From the NCBI GenBank assembly GCA_963792585.1, contig CAWBWI010000001.1, forward strand, positions 1,888,001-1,952,000: a stretch of 64,000 nucleotides of DNA, written 5' to 3'. A model generated the notes under the pieces. That model was not told the DNA's origin and made no database searches. It saw only the letters and a program-made list of their open reading frames with translations. Both the position numbers and the translations under genes were made by a program. Shown here piece by piece: positions 42,278-52,838 of the stretch (the stretch's first letter is position 1; each line of letters starts with the position of its first letter). This DNA is from Candidatus Eiseniibacteriota bacterium (GTDB lineage: Bacteria; Eisenbacteria; RBG-16-71-46; CAIMUX01; VGJL01).

Positions 42278-42790
42278 TCATACGAACATTTGTTCGTTCT
42301 GACTAGGACGGAGTTCTTCGGTAGGTCGGCGTGTTTGGATCACGGAAACCGGAGCCGAGAGACGACCGCTGAGCAGCCTCCGCTGCACCTCCCAGTCGAC
42401 CGCTGCCACAACAGGCCGAAAAAGCCGCTCTGTCACCTCGTCTCGCCCAGTGACGCGCGGCAGGAACAGGATCTCCTCCTGGATTTCCGGTGCCAGGTTC
42501 AGCAGATCCATGATCTGGGAGACGCGCGCCTTGCTGACGCCCCCGAGGCGAGCGATGTCCACGTAGTCGCGCACGATCCCCTTCCGGATCAGGCCGTCGA
42601 AGTGGATCGCGAGAGCCATGAGTCGGGAGATCCGCGGGATGCGGCCCGGCTCGACGGGCTTGGCGCTTCGGGACGGTCCCTGTGCGCATCCGTCGCCGTC
42701 CCCGATTCCCTCTCCGAAAGTGGACATCGAACTCCACCGTCGCGCCCACACACGCGCCCGTGTGCGCGCCTGGAGCCGCCTGTCGCGCCA
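42278..42790 (-). pseudogene. Small HTH protein downstream of the serine recombinase, frameshifted
   Basis: VEFDVHFRRG / GRIPRISRLMALAI...IARLGGVSKARVSQIMDLLNLAPEIQE in two frames. Confidence 0.7.
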
Positions 42791-44373
42791 CTATCCCACC
42801 TCCTGGGCCAGAACCTTGATCCCGCCCGGCCGGAACGTCACGGCGACCGTCTCCTGCGCGCCGTCGTAGGCGACCCGCTCGACGAGCAGGTGGACGACGC
42901 GGGCTTGCTCTCTGGGCGAGAGGGTGTCCCAGATCGGCTCGAAGCTCGCGAGGGCCGTCACCAGGTCCGCTTCGTCCACGCGGTCCCGCTCCAGCGCGGC
43001 CTCCTGAGCGTGGATCTCCGCGAGCCGCTGCTCGGCGACCGTGATCCGCTCCTGCAGGTCCGCCAGGCGTGCGGTGGTCGACACCTTGCCTCTGCCCTGC
43101 GCTGACGTACCGACCAGTCGCTTCACCTCGGCTGCGGATCGCCTGAGATCCCGCCTCCAGTTCGCGGCGCTCCGCGGCCAGGCGGTCGGCCTGCTCCTGG
43201 GTGGCGGCCCGCGCCTGCTTGAGCACCTCGGCCTGGAGCTTCGGGTCCGTCCCGATCGCCCGAACGCGGTCGACCACGAACTTCTCGATCTCCCCGGCCG
43301 GGAGCGACTTCGTCGGGCAGGTGTCCCATCCCTGCTTCTGCGCCCGGCCGCAGACGTAGTACCGGTACCGGCGCTCGCCGCGCTGGGAGTAGGTGTGCGT
43401 CATCGCAGCGTCGCAGGGTGCGCACCGGAGCAGCCCCCGCAGCAGCGCCCCGTGCTGGTTCCGGATCGCCCGTCCACCAGCTCGGCCGTTGCGCCGCAGG
43501 AGCCGTCTGGACGCGCTCCCAGATGGCCTCGTCCACGATCGCCGTCGTGCTCGCCCGGGTAGACCGTGCCCCGGTGGTCGACCTTCCCGACGTAGGTCGG
43601 GCTCGTCAGCAGGTGGAAGAGCGTGTTCTTCTCGAACGGCGTGCCGCCTCGCGCCTTGCCCTTCTTGGTGACCCACGCCTTCGTCGTCCACCGCCGGCGG
43701 TTCAGCTCCCGGAGGGTCTCCGTGAGGGACTCCTTCTCGACGTACAGGTCGAAGATCGCCCGGACCCGCTCGGCCTCGGCCTCGTTGACGACGATTCGCC
43801 CGCCCTGGGGGTCGACGTCGTAGCCCAGGACCGGCACGCCGCCCGACCCACTTGCCCTTCCGGCGGGCGGCGGCCATCTTGTCCCGCGTCCGCTCGGCGA
43901 TGATCTCCCGCTCGAACTGGGCGAAGGACAGCAGGACGTTCAGCATCAGCCGGCCCATCGAGGTCGCCGTGTTGAACTGCTGGGTGACGGAGACGAAGGA
44001 GACCCGGTGCTTGTCGAGGACCTCCATGATCCGGGCGAAGTCGAGCAGGGACCGGGACAGGCGGTCGACCTTGTAGACGACCACGCAGTCGACCCGCCCC
44101 GCCTCGATGTCGGCCATGAGCCGCTTCAGCGCCGGCCGGTCCATGTTGCCGCCGGTGAAGCCGCCGTCGTCGTAGGGGTCGGGCAGGCAGACCCAGCCCT
44201 CGTGCTTCTGGCACGCGATGTACGCCTCGGCGGCCTCCCGCTGGGCGTCGAGGGAGTTGAACTCCTGGTCGAGGCCCTCCTCGGTGGACTTGCGGGTGTA
44301 GATGGCGCAGCGGGTCGTGCGTGGGCTTGGTCGCGTCAGCCTGCCCCTTACTGGATCGAGAACGGCGGATCAT
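42791..44373 (-). pseudogene. Large serine recombinase with several frameshifts
   Basis: CAIYTRKS, VYKVDRLSRS, FAQFERE, GYD and zinc-ribbon segments spread over several frames. Confidence 0.88.
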
Positions 44374-45047
44374 CGCGTCGTCTCCCTTGCCGGTCAGCCC
44401 GAAGAAGAGCAACCCATTCCAGTGCGAGCCCGTCACCGCCTTCGCCACCGCCGTCAGCGACCGGTAGACCGCTGCCCTCGTACTCGAAGCCTTCGTCGAG
44501 CACCGTGACCGCGATGGTGCGACCCCGGTACTCGCGGGTCAGCACCGCCCCCGGCATGGGCAGGCGTCGGTCGTGCGTCGGCGTGAACGACCCGACCACG
44601 GTGCGGCCCACGCCTGTCTTCGGCGCAACCAGCCGCAGGTCGGACTCGTTGGCCAGCTCCTCGGCACGGCGCAGGGCACGCTCCGACAGCCCGCCGTGCT
44701 CGTTCGCCTGCAGCCGCCACGCGATGCGCTTGCGGAGGAAATCCTTGTGCCGGGACGTGGTCGGCTCGCCGAAGGCCTGCTGCGTACGCCTCCCGCAGCT
44801 CCGCGACGGTCATGTCCCGGAGCGCCTCGATCTGCTTGGCGAGCGCCTGCTTCATGATGCAGCCTCCATCGGTCCCGACTCTCCGTCGGTCAACCCACAC
44901 AAGGGCATCGGTCCGCCGGAACAGTCCAGGGGATTCTCGGTGAACGGATCGGGTCTTGAGGCGCAGGTAGCCTGCTGCCAGGATCGCGGCCACCTCGCCC
45001 AGCCGTTGCTCCGCCGTCATCTCCTCGGGGTCGTCCAGGAAGTCCAT
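44370..45047 (-). pseudogene. Small leader ORF plus DUF2924 protein, frameshifted
   Basis: EQRLGEVAAILAAGYLRL; IAWRLQA; PGAVLTREYRG; AKAVTGSHWNGLLFFGL. Confidence 0.8.
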
Positions 45048-45102
45048 GCTTCCTCCGTGACCCGGCGCTGCTTCAGATGTTCGTGGGGGTTGCGCTCAGG
45101 CG

Positions 45103-45192
45103 GGTGGGAACGAAAACGACGTCGTGGTTCCGTTGCCTTCGCAACACCCACAACGCCTTCCGCTTTGCGGCCGGGCCGCTGTCTGGTGATAT
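45103..45192 (-). promoter_or_regulatory. Structured cis-regulatory RNA leader candidate, copy 2
   Basis: Same 5' block as copy 1; the 3' stem arm differs but pairing is kept. Confidence 0.65.
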
Positions 45193-45395
45193 GTCTGATC
45201 GCGGTGCGTTCACCGCCTGAGTTCAGTTTCTACACGTGCACCGATGCTCCGTCAACTACGAACTTTCCAACGCGCCGAGATCACCGTGCGGACGATCGTG
45301 AAGTGCATGGCGGCGAGCCTATCAACAGTCGGACGCTAGCTACAACTCGGGCAATACGGCGGCGGATTGTACGAGGCACACCTGTTAGGCATTTG

Positions 45396-46580
45396 CTAGA
45401 ACGGTATGTCTTCATCATCTGGAACATCGTCCTTGGTTGGAGAGGACAAGAAGGGAGAGCCGTCATCGAGCACAACAGCTGGATTCCCTGGGTCCGTCTC
45501 GTCTTGGAGCGCGACAGCGAGCGCAGTTTGCCAGGCAGGCGGATACGTCCTGATGATCAAGACAATAGCCTGACGTAGGTGATCATCCCCACCCCTGATT
45601 GCGTTGGCGATCGCCCTGACGCAGCGATCCATCCGGGCCCCGGTGGGGAGCACGTCAGGAAGTTGGCGCATGAAGTATCTCGCCACATAGGCACGACCGT
45701 CTTCATCGCTGCCCTCCAATTTCTCAAGAAGAACCTCCGCTGCCTGGATTCGATTCGTAAAGGCGCGTAGCAATGTGTTCGCCCATGTAGCCACTGGGCT
45801 AGTCGTCCTCCCACGGGAGCTGAATTTGCCTGATCGAATGTCCGCTATCAACTTGTTCTCAATCCGGAGCCGCGCAACTTCGGACAGACCCGACCATACA
45901 TCTGGTGAGAGCATCTGCAACGCGGTCCGGATTGCCCCCTCATCAGTGGTCGCGCGAAGGTCCTCGGACACCACGGTTAGGTAGTTTCTGAGCTGACCAT
46001 CGGAAAGCTGAGCGAGAAGGCCGGCAATGAGGAATCGCAGCTTCCGCAGGTCTCCGCGTTGCCTATTCCGAAATAGCGCGATAATGGCCTCTCCTCGCTT
46101 CTGGACCGGGATTTCGGCTACGAGAAGATCTGCATATCTGGGCGATTCCACAAACTCGGGATCGAGGGCACGATTCATGAAGCCCCCGGGAGTGAACGCC
46201 GATTCAGAGACATCTATGATGCGCAGGATGTAGCCAAGAAAGTAGAGTACTGCGTCGGCTGTGTCCTTCGTGTCTACGACTGGCGCGTGACTTCGAGGAT
46301 TGCGAATACCTAGATAGATGCCACGGAGGATTTGCTCCATGCCCTTCTGAACGTTCCGGTCAGATTCTGTCTGCAGGGTATTCAACCGGAGTTTGGGAGC
46401 GTCGCCCCCCAGAGCCAGTCCAACGAGAGCAACTCCATCGCCATCCACCCCGGCCTTCTCCCGTAAAGTCGCACTCAAGAGATGAATGCCCTCGAGGATT
46501 GCGTGGGAATAGTTATTGGATTCATATGGACCCATGACAACTGCCCATAACCCGGCTGGGATATGAGTTTGAAGGTTCAC
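45396..46580 (-). CDS. Cassette: TIGR02391 (Ymh)-domain protein with helical C-terminal extension
   Basis: LREKAGVDGDGVALV, GIRNPRSH. Confidence 0.85.
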   Translation of the reverse strand: MNLQTHIPAGLWAVVMGPYESNNYSHAILEGIHLLSATLREKAGVDGDGVALVGLALGGDAPKLRLNTLQTESDRNVQKGMEQILRGIYLGIRNPRSHAPVVDTKDTADAVLYFLGYILRIIDVSESAFTPGGFMNRALDPEFVESPRYADLLVAEIPVQKRGEAIIALFRNRQRGDLRKLRFLIAGLLAQLSDGQLRNYLTVVSEDLRATTDEGAIRTALQMLSPDVWSGLSEVARLRIENKLIADIRSGKFSSRGRTTSPVATWANTLLRAFTNRIQAAEVLLEKLEGSDEDGRAYVARYFMRQLPDVLPTGARMDRCVRAIANAIRGGDDHLRQAIVLIIRTYPPAWQTALAVALQDETDPGNPAVVLDDGSPFLSSPTKDDVPDDEDIPF

Positions 46581-46757
46581 CTTGGGTATCGCCTCCTCTG
46601 CTGACCAGTCCCGACGTTCCCATCACCTGCGGACTGAACCCGGTGCGGCCCGGCCAGCCTCGCGTGATGGTCTTGCGTTCTATGCTTCTCTCCCAGGACC
46701 GTGACGGGCCAGCGCCGGAGGTGGATCCGGCGGTTCGACTGCATACGGCGCATATTC

Positions 46758-47348
46758 CTACTCGTTTCCTCCTGCTTCGGACTGACCGTCAAGGTAAGCA
46801 CCTATTCCAGCCTGTATCCCGTCGAGGATGCGGGCACCACAAGCGAAGAGCTCGGAGAACCTTCTGACATTGACAAGCTTCATGTCGGATGGGAGCGATT
46901 GTAGCCCTGACCGATCTACGGGGTACCTGAAGGAGAAGGACCCGGAGTCCAACTCCCCGATTTGAGCAACAATCGAATCAAGCTCGAAGAGTTCGGCGGG
47001 ATCGCCGGTAGGCCAGACCCTCAGGACAAGGGGGCGAAGTTCTCGCCAAAGCTCAGATACATCATGGTGACGGTGCTGCTTCTCAGGAACCTTCAGCAAG
47101 GCCTGCGCATCAAGCAGGGTACGTTTTAGTTGCAGTTCGAGGTAGTGGCGGGAAAGAAACACGATCGGGTAGAGGAGAATGTCAAGGTCGCCGCTATTCT
47201 CCTCTGCGTAGCTCGTAAGGACTTCTGCAGCACGAGAGTAGCCGCTGATGTATGGACCCCACTGATCATGCGTGAACTGCAGGCATGCATTGTGCTCCCA
47301 ATCGACGTCCAGTCGGAACAACCGCATGTCATCGCCCATTTCAGGCAC
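46758..47348 (-). CDS. Cassette: hypothetical protein, possibly HEPN-like
   Basis: YPIVFLSRHYLELQLK, HDVSELW, SFSFRYP. Confidence 0.65.
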   Translation of the reverse strand: MPEMGDDMRLFRLDVDWEHNACLQFTHDQWGPYISGYSRAAEVLTSYAEENSGDLDILLYPIVFLSRHYLELQLKRTLLDAQALLKVPEKQHRHHDVSELWRELRPLVLRVWPTGDPAELFELDSIVAQIGELDSGSFSFRYPVDRSGLQSLPSDMKLVNVRRFSELFACGARILDGIQAGIGAYLDGQSEAGGNE

Positions 47349-47491
47349 GGGGCAGCCTCCTGGTCAGGCGAACGTTCGGATCACCTGCGTCCCGATGCCG
47401 GCGCGGCTCCGGCAGCCCGAGGTGATGGACTTGCCTGCTATGCTCGTCCGCCGGTGCCGTGACGGCCCGTCGCGTCAGGTGGGGGCAGCAG

Positions 47492-48223
47492 TTATGTCGT
47501 GGGCATTGCACGTGCAGCCTCGCGATCATCGACGACGCGCAGCAAGTGACTGGCGAGTTGCAGCAGTTCAACGGCTTGCGCAGGGTCGGTGATCGAAACA
47601 CGACGATGGCTTCCTGGGTTCTTGAAGCGTCCGATTGCTCCGGCGAAGAGATCCTGGAGGGCTTGCCGTTCGGCAGCAGGCTCGGATTGCTCCGAAAGTG
47701 GCCCTGACTGGGCATTGAAAGCCCTTCGCATCAGGTCCACGCCGAGAACTGTTGCGTCATAGCCGCCGACCTCGCGCACGCGAACCTCTACAAGCTTGAA
47801 GGACTGAAAGACAGCGGACTCGTAATCGCCAAGTAGAAACGTCGGATAGGCACGCTCCAAAATGAGGGCATGGATCGAGGATTTTGGAAACACGGAGGCG
47901 TATTGGAAACTCTTGTAGTCGTTCTCGGTACGAAGCTGCTCACCTCGGCGCGTTATGAAGAACCAACCGTTGGTGGCGTCGTCAGGATGAGGCGCGATTA
48001 GTACCTCGCGTTCGAGGTGGGCCCAGGCTTCCATTAGAGCCAGTTGAATGCGCACCTGATGCGTGGGCGGATATCCGAGCTGCCCAGCTTCGATGGCGAA
48101 GTTGTGGCGGTTGAACTTGCTACTACGTGAGTGAATGAGCCAGCGAAGGACATATCCTGCTAATTCCTCTGGTGGAAGGGCCAGCAAGTCCTCGGGGTCT
48201 GGAACGAGTTGTCTCAAGTCCAT
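47492..48223 (-). CDS. Cassette: TIGR02391 family protein
   Basis: FKLVEVRVRE, GVDLMRRAF, GAIGRFKNPGSH; TAA stop lies in the attC R'' box. Confidence 0.88.
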   Translation of the reverse strand: MDLRQLVPDPEDLLALPPEELAGYVLRWLIHSRSSKFNRHNFAIEAGQLGYPPTHQVRIQLALMEAWAHLEREVLIAPHPDDATNGWFFITRRGEQLRTENDYKSFQYASVFPKSSIHALILERAYPTFLLGDYESAVFQSFKLVEVRVREVGGYDATVLGVDLMRRAFNAQSGPLSEQSEPAAERQALQDLFAGAIGRFKNPGSHRRVSITDPAQAVELLQLASHLLRVVDDREAARAMPTT

Positions 48224-48377
48224 TGGTGTTACCATATTCTGTTCGAATCCCCCGCGTCCTGACCCCGGCACGGCCCCAGCTGCCCGTCACACTGATCCCG
48301 CCTTTCATGCTCCCCTGCCGGGGCCGTGACGGGCCAGCGCGAGAGGTGGGGGCGGCCGTTGGATTGATCGATCCCTT

Positions 48378-48929
48378 TCATAGGATCCCTGACCACAAAG
48401 CGATCCACGATTTCAGGGGTTCCGCTTTGTTCTCGAAGTGATCATAGACAAGCCACTCATCATCTCGACCCTCGAGCCGCCCCCAAACGATGCGTTGATA
48501 GAGTCCCAAGTACTCGCGCTCAGCCCAATCCAATCCCGGCTTGTCGGACGCGGGGAAGAGAGCCACATGCCGCGCTGTTTGGGCCCCATCCGCAAGGCCG
48601 AGTTCCCATGGAATCCACCGACTGTCCACCGTGTTGGGAGTGAGAAAGAGAACAAAGCGGGAACACTCCTTGATGGTGCTCTTTAGAATTTCCGCTGTCT
48701 TCGGAGAAGGTTCTTTCGGAAGCCGGAGATCGAAAGCATCAACGTAAACCGATGCTCCATGACTCTCCAAAATCTCGATCACCCCGCCAAGGTGTAGGAG
48801 GTCCTGTGCCGAGTGGGAGAGAAATAGAGATTTCCCAGCCGCAGATCGGGAGGCCTCCGTATACGCCTTTGCGACGTCGATCCGCGCGCCTTGTTGGCGA
48901 AGCTCGTCGAATGTTGCGTACCGTGGCAT
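48378..48929 (-). CDS. Cassette: TIR-domain protein
   Basis: LFLSHS, VYVD, SRWIPWELG with catalytic Glu. Confidence 0.88.
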   Translation of the reverse strand: MPRYATFDELRQQGARIDVAKAYTEASRSAAGKSLFLSHSAQDLLHLGGVIEILESHGASVYVDAFDLRLPKEPSPKTAEILKSTIKECSRFVLFLTPNTVDSRWIPWELGLADGAQTARHVALFPASDKPGLDWAEREYLGLYQRIVWGRLEGRDDEWLVYDHFENKAEPLKSWIALWSGIL

Positions 48930-49084
48930 GTTCGCCTACTTCATCCTAAAATGCACCTGCGGCCTGAGCCCGGCGCACCCCTTGCCCCCCATCGCGCCGC
49001 TCCGGCCTTCCATGCTTCTCTGCCGGGGCCTTGACGGCCCAGCGCGTCAGGTGAATGCGGCAGTTGGACCACGACACCATGGAG

Positions 49085-49948
49085 CTATCTCCTGCTGGCC
49101 TGTCGGTTGAGTAAGGCGAGCATGCTGTCGGCACCCACCGCAATGCGCTCAACGGTTCCGTCCTTTGTGAGAGCGACACCAAGAGGGATTCCATGTCGGT
49201 ATACTCGGAAACGCTGCGCTAGCTCACCGAGCCAGCCTCCTCCCCAATACTGCTCACCCGGGGGGCGTTCCTGCGCCAGCCAGGTAGGGAGGGTATGGCA
49301 CTCAGCGTCTAGGTTTATGCCGATCACGCGGACTCCTTGCAGGTTGACCGCCAACGATGGCGACTGATTCAGCCTGGCGATGAAGCGTTTGCATGGGCCG
49401 CACCAACTGGCCCAGAAATAGATGAATTTTGGACGCTCAGCACTGAGGGAAAGTCGAAGATCTGCGCAGGCGGGAGAGGAGACCTGTGCTGCAGTGGCTG
49501 TTTCTCCGACGAGCCAGGGATCGAGCTCCAGCAAAGGAACGACCTGATAGCCTGTCGAATCCGGGTTGAGGACATATCTCGTGTCTGCGCCTGCGGCAAT
49601 GTCAGCCATTCGCATGCGTTGGACGACGACAGCGAGTTGGAGCGATTCGCGCCCGATGGTGACGCGAACCGTGGATGGCTTCGACGAGAGAAGGTACCCG
49701 AGCACGCGATCCAGTGGCCACCCTCGGACCGAGAGACCATCAAGTGCAAGCAGAGAGTCTCCGGGAAGCATGCCCGCTCGATCAGCAGGACCGTTGGGAA
49801 TGGGTCGAAGCACAATGACGCCCGTGGTGCTGTCCGCTTGTCCGAGAACCGCGCCGATCCCGAAACGGTCAGGGGTGAAGTCCTCAGCCACAGCGGACTT
49901 CGAAGAGACTGCCAGTAGAGCAGCCACCCATAGCATCAGAGTCGCCAT
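49085..49948 (-). CDS. Cassette: secreted PDZ plus thioredoxin-like (TlpA) protein
   Basis: GIG...GPADRAGMLPGD; FWASWCGPC. Confidence 0.85.
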   Translation of the reverse strand: MATLMLWVAALLAVSSKSAVAEDFTPDRFGIGAVLGQADSTTGVIVLRPIPNGPADRAGMLPGDSLLALDGLSVRGWPLDRVLGYLLSSKPSTVRVTIGRESLQLAVVVQRMRMADIAAGADTRYVLNPDSTGYQVVPLLELDPWLVGETATAAQVSSPACADLRLSLSAERPKFIYFWASWCGPCKRFIARLNQSPSLAVNLQGVRVIGINLDAECHTLPTWLAQERPPGEQYWGGGWLGELAQRFRVYRHGIPLGVALTKDGTVERIAVGADSMLALLNRQASRR

Positions 49949-50124
49949 CCTCAAACCAGACGGAAGCAAACAGAGCCAGCGGCTCAAAGCTGGGCCAACG
50001 TTCGCGTCACCTGCGGGCGATGACCGGCGCGGACCTGGCAGCCCGGGGTGATGGTCTTGCCTTCCAGTACTTCTCTGCAGGGCCGTGACGGCCCAGCGCG
50101 GGAAGTGAAGCCGGCAGCTAGCCA

Positions 50125-50967
50125 TCAGTGAATACAGCCTAACCATAGCCGACCGAGTGCAGACTCCACCGCCTGGCGCAGCGGGGCTTCGGATTCAGGA
50201 GCAATCTGCACGCCCCAGCCTAGCAGAACGGGGTTTTGGCAAAAGTCGATCGGGTCATCTCTCAGCGGGTCCAGGACGACGGGATCACATCGCGGATCGT
50301 ATGATTGGCCGTTGCAGACTACTGGTCGCGTAAGAAGGGCGTAACGCAGAGACATGAGCAGGGACCAGCTCAAAGTGGCCTCGGTGCCCTCCTCGTACCC
50401 GGTGTCGGGCCCACCAATATCGACCATCTTGTTGTCTCCAGTAAGAGACTCTTTGATGATCTGGCCAAAGCAATGGGCCACTGCGTCGGCGACTTGGATG
50501 CCGACGCGGACACGGGAGTCCGCACCCGCATCTATTCGACTCTCCGCCAAGTAAGAGAACAGGCATCGCAGCCTCGCCGCCTCGGCGGACGACGAGAAGA
50601 TGCCCTGGTCGAAGACGAGAGCCGTGTTGGACGGGTCGATCCCATTGCGAACGAATGTGGATTGCACAGCCTGCAAGGCCTGTCGGCCTAGACGCGCCCG
50701 ACTGAAAGGCCCAAAGAAGACTGCCACGCTGGCGCGGCTGGCGGCGAGCCCCAGTAGGCGGCTTCTTGCGTCACGCATGCGCGGGTCGGAATCCATGCGA
50801 GCGCCACTCTTGAACTCTTCTCGTGGTGGGTCTAGGCCCGCTTCCCTCAATGCAAGTGTCACACGATCTTCAAACTCATCATCGGCGAAAACGAAAGCGG
50901 TGACAACGACGCCTAGTGAGTCGTAGATGCTCTCGTCTACAAAGCATTGAGTAGCGTTGGGCTTCAT
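50125..50967 (-). CDS. Cassette: DUF3800-like protein
   Basis: FVDES, EFK, GIQVAD motifs. Confidence 0.75.
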   Translation of the reverse strand: MKPNATQCFVDESIYDSLGVVVTAFVFADDEFEDRVTLALREAGLDPPREEFKSGARMDSDPRMRDARSRLLGLAASRASVAVFFGPFSRARLGRQALQAVQSTFVRNGIDPSNTALVFDQGIFSSSAEAARLRCLFSYLAESRIDAGADSRVRVGIQVADAVAHCFGQIIKESLTGDNKMVDIGGPDTGYEEGTEATLSWSLLMSLRYALLTRPVVCNGQSYDPRCDPVVLDPLRDDPIDFCQNPVLLGWGVQIAPESEAPLRQAVESALGRLWLGCIH

Positions 50968-51133
50968 CTTACCTCTGCTGCCATAAGGTTGCCCTTCGAG
51001 TCGCCTTCGGACCAAGCCGCGCGCAGCCCGGGGCGATGATCTTGCCCCATCCGGCATCCTACCGAGGCCGGGACGGCCCAGCGCGTCAGGTGAATGCGAC
51101 TGTTGGCCGGGTCTTTCGTCGCGGAGGTCGGCG

Positions 51134-51355
51134 TCAATCCCGCTTCTCCTCAAGGTGAACCCCGCAGGTCTCCAACGCAGCTATGCGGCGACGGAGATCA
51201 CCGATCCGCAAGTCATTGCGCTCATGCAGGCCCGTGACCAACATGAGAAGCCCAGCGACGCTGCCGACGACATTTGTCCGGAAGCCGCAGAAAATGACCA
51301 TCCCGACACCGAGGACAATCAACACCGTGGAGATCGGCCACATGACACGGTTCAT
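51134..51355 (-). CDS. Cassette: small two-TM membrane protein
   Basis: RBS AGGAGG; two hydrophobic helices; lies between attC sites. Confidence 0.7.
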   Translation of the reverse strand: MNRVMWPISTVLIVLGVGMVIFCGFRTNVVGSVAGLLMLVTGLHERNDLRIGDLRRRIAALETCGVHLEEKRD

Positions 51356-51500
51356 TTTCTCCTCCTAGGTTCGTCCAAGGTTCACGACCTCCTGCGCCTC
51401 GGCCATCCCATCGCGCCGCTCCCGCCTTCCATGCCGCTCTGCCAGGGCCGTGACGGCCCAGCGCGGGAGGTGGGGGCGGCTGCTATAGATCATCCGGACC

Positions 51501-51989
51501 TCAGTCGCCCAGACCGCCCATGCCAGAAAACGCACGACCAATGATGTAGATGATCGTGGCGTCGACGACCAACCCTATCCCAAACCCAATCAGAACGACA
51601 TGAGGTGAAGATTTCATCTCCACCCACTCCACCCGCGTCGATGGAATTGAATGTGACTGCCAGCCCGTGCGAAGCAGCACCGCTTCATGGCTGGAACTGT
51701 CGGGCGACTCTGTGGGAATGGCGAGAAGCCTAGAGAATCCCTGGAATCGTCCGGTTACGGCCAACGTGTCGCGCTGTTTGATGATCACTGGCGCGCCCGG
51801 TTCTACTCGGTCCAATGATCTTACATCGCCTCTAGTTTTCCTATCCCTTGCAGCCTCATGCATATGCGCGACACTCGCACCGATCAAGGAGCAGCCGGAG
51901 TTCCCTGAAGCAAGACCGAACACCGGGAGTAGGACTGCCAGCCGCGAGATGCACCGGACTCTGCTGCCGACGGAGTCGATCGTCCGCAT
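51501..51989 (-). CDS. Cassette: hypothetical lipoprotein/membrane protein
   Basis: SGC lipobox-like motif; C-terminal TM. Confidence 0.6.
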   Translation of the reverse strand: MRTIDSVGSRVRCISRLAVLLPVFGLASGNSGCSLIGASVAHMHEAARDRKTRGDVRSLDRVEPGAPVIIKQRDTLAVTGRFQGFSRLLAIPTESPDSSSHEAVLLRTGWQSHSIPSTRVEWVEMKSSPHVVLIGFGIGLVVDATIIYIIGRAFSGMGGLGD

Positions 51990-52222
51990 GACGGTTGCGT
52001 GACCTGCAACCCGAGGTTGCCGCATCCCTGGCAGCCCGAGGCGATAATCAGACTTTCTATGCTCCCCTGTCAGGGCCGTGATGGCCCAGCGCGTCAGGTG
52101 AATGCAGTAGTTACACAGCACGATGCGTACGCCCTCCGATGCGCCCCGTTACTTTGGGGCGCTGTAGGCGGTTTGCCACCTATTCGTGAGCTGATAGGTT
52201 AGAATCGGTCCTCCAACAAGTG

Positions 52223-52696
52223 TCAGTACTGAGAAGATCGCCACATCGCGACCGCTCGGGGAGTCGAAGCAGGGACCGTCGCAAACCTGGGTCGGCTCCT
52301 TTTCGCCAAAACCGCGACCGCCACGGAGCCGAGCACAATGCCCACTGGGATCCCGACGCCAAAGATCGCGAGCTTCGAAGGTGGGCGCTTCGTCCGGACT
52401 GCTATCAGTTGAGCGTCAGTCCGAATAGGCGACTCAGGCCAGATGGTGAGCAGGGATTCCGAGAGCTGCCATGTTCGTGGACGGTGCGAGAACTCCGACT
52501 TGAGACCACCGGCCTCGGAGAGGAATCGCAGTTCAAGGTGCTTTGCGTCACAGATCTTGTTCTGTGCAGTCTGCCCGATGCCTGAGAGCCGGTACGTCTG
52601 ACAGCGCGTGGAGTCAACTCCCGCAGTGTCCTTGGCCATTGCCTCCGAGGCACCGGCAGTAAGAAGAATCGAGATCCCCATGAACGCAAGCGTCAT
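52223..52696 (-). CDS. Cassette: hypothetical exported/membrane-anchored protein
   Basis: Signal peptide and C-terminal TM; lies between attC sites. Confidence 0.55.
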   Translation of the reverse strand: MTLAFMGISILLTAGASEAMAKDTAGVDSTRCQTYRLSGIGQTAQNKICDAKHLELRFLSEAGGLKSEFSHRPRTWQLSESLLTIWPESPIRTDAQLIAVRTKRPPSKLAIFGVGIPVGIVLGSVAVAVLAKRSRPRFATVPASTPRAVAMWRSSQY

Positions 52697-52838
52697 GAAT
52701 GTGGCGATAGTCGGTGTAGCGATTGCATCAGCCGCGCGCTGACCCCGGCGCGGCCATGGCAGCCCGGGGTGATGGTCCGAGCTTCTATGCTTCTCTTCCA
52801 GGGCCGTGATGGGCCAGCGCGGGAGGGGGATGCGGCAG

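Larger units (their letters stand above)
31232..45200. mobile_element. Phage-related integrative element lacking virion genes (boundaries approximate)
   Basis: Recombinases at both ends; terminase pair, ParB, MTase and replication-like gene; no portal, capsid or tail recognised. Confidence 0.7.

Noticed and set aside
44007..45578. 523-aa plus-strand ORF
   Set aside because: Antisense to the recombinase/DUF2924 module; no recognisable motifs
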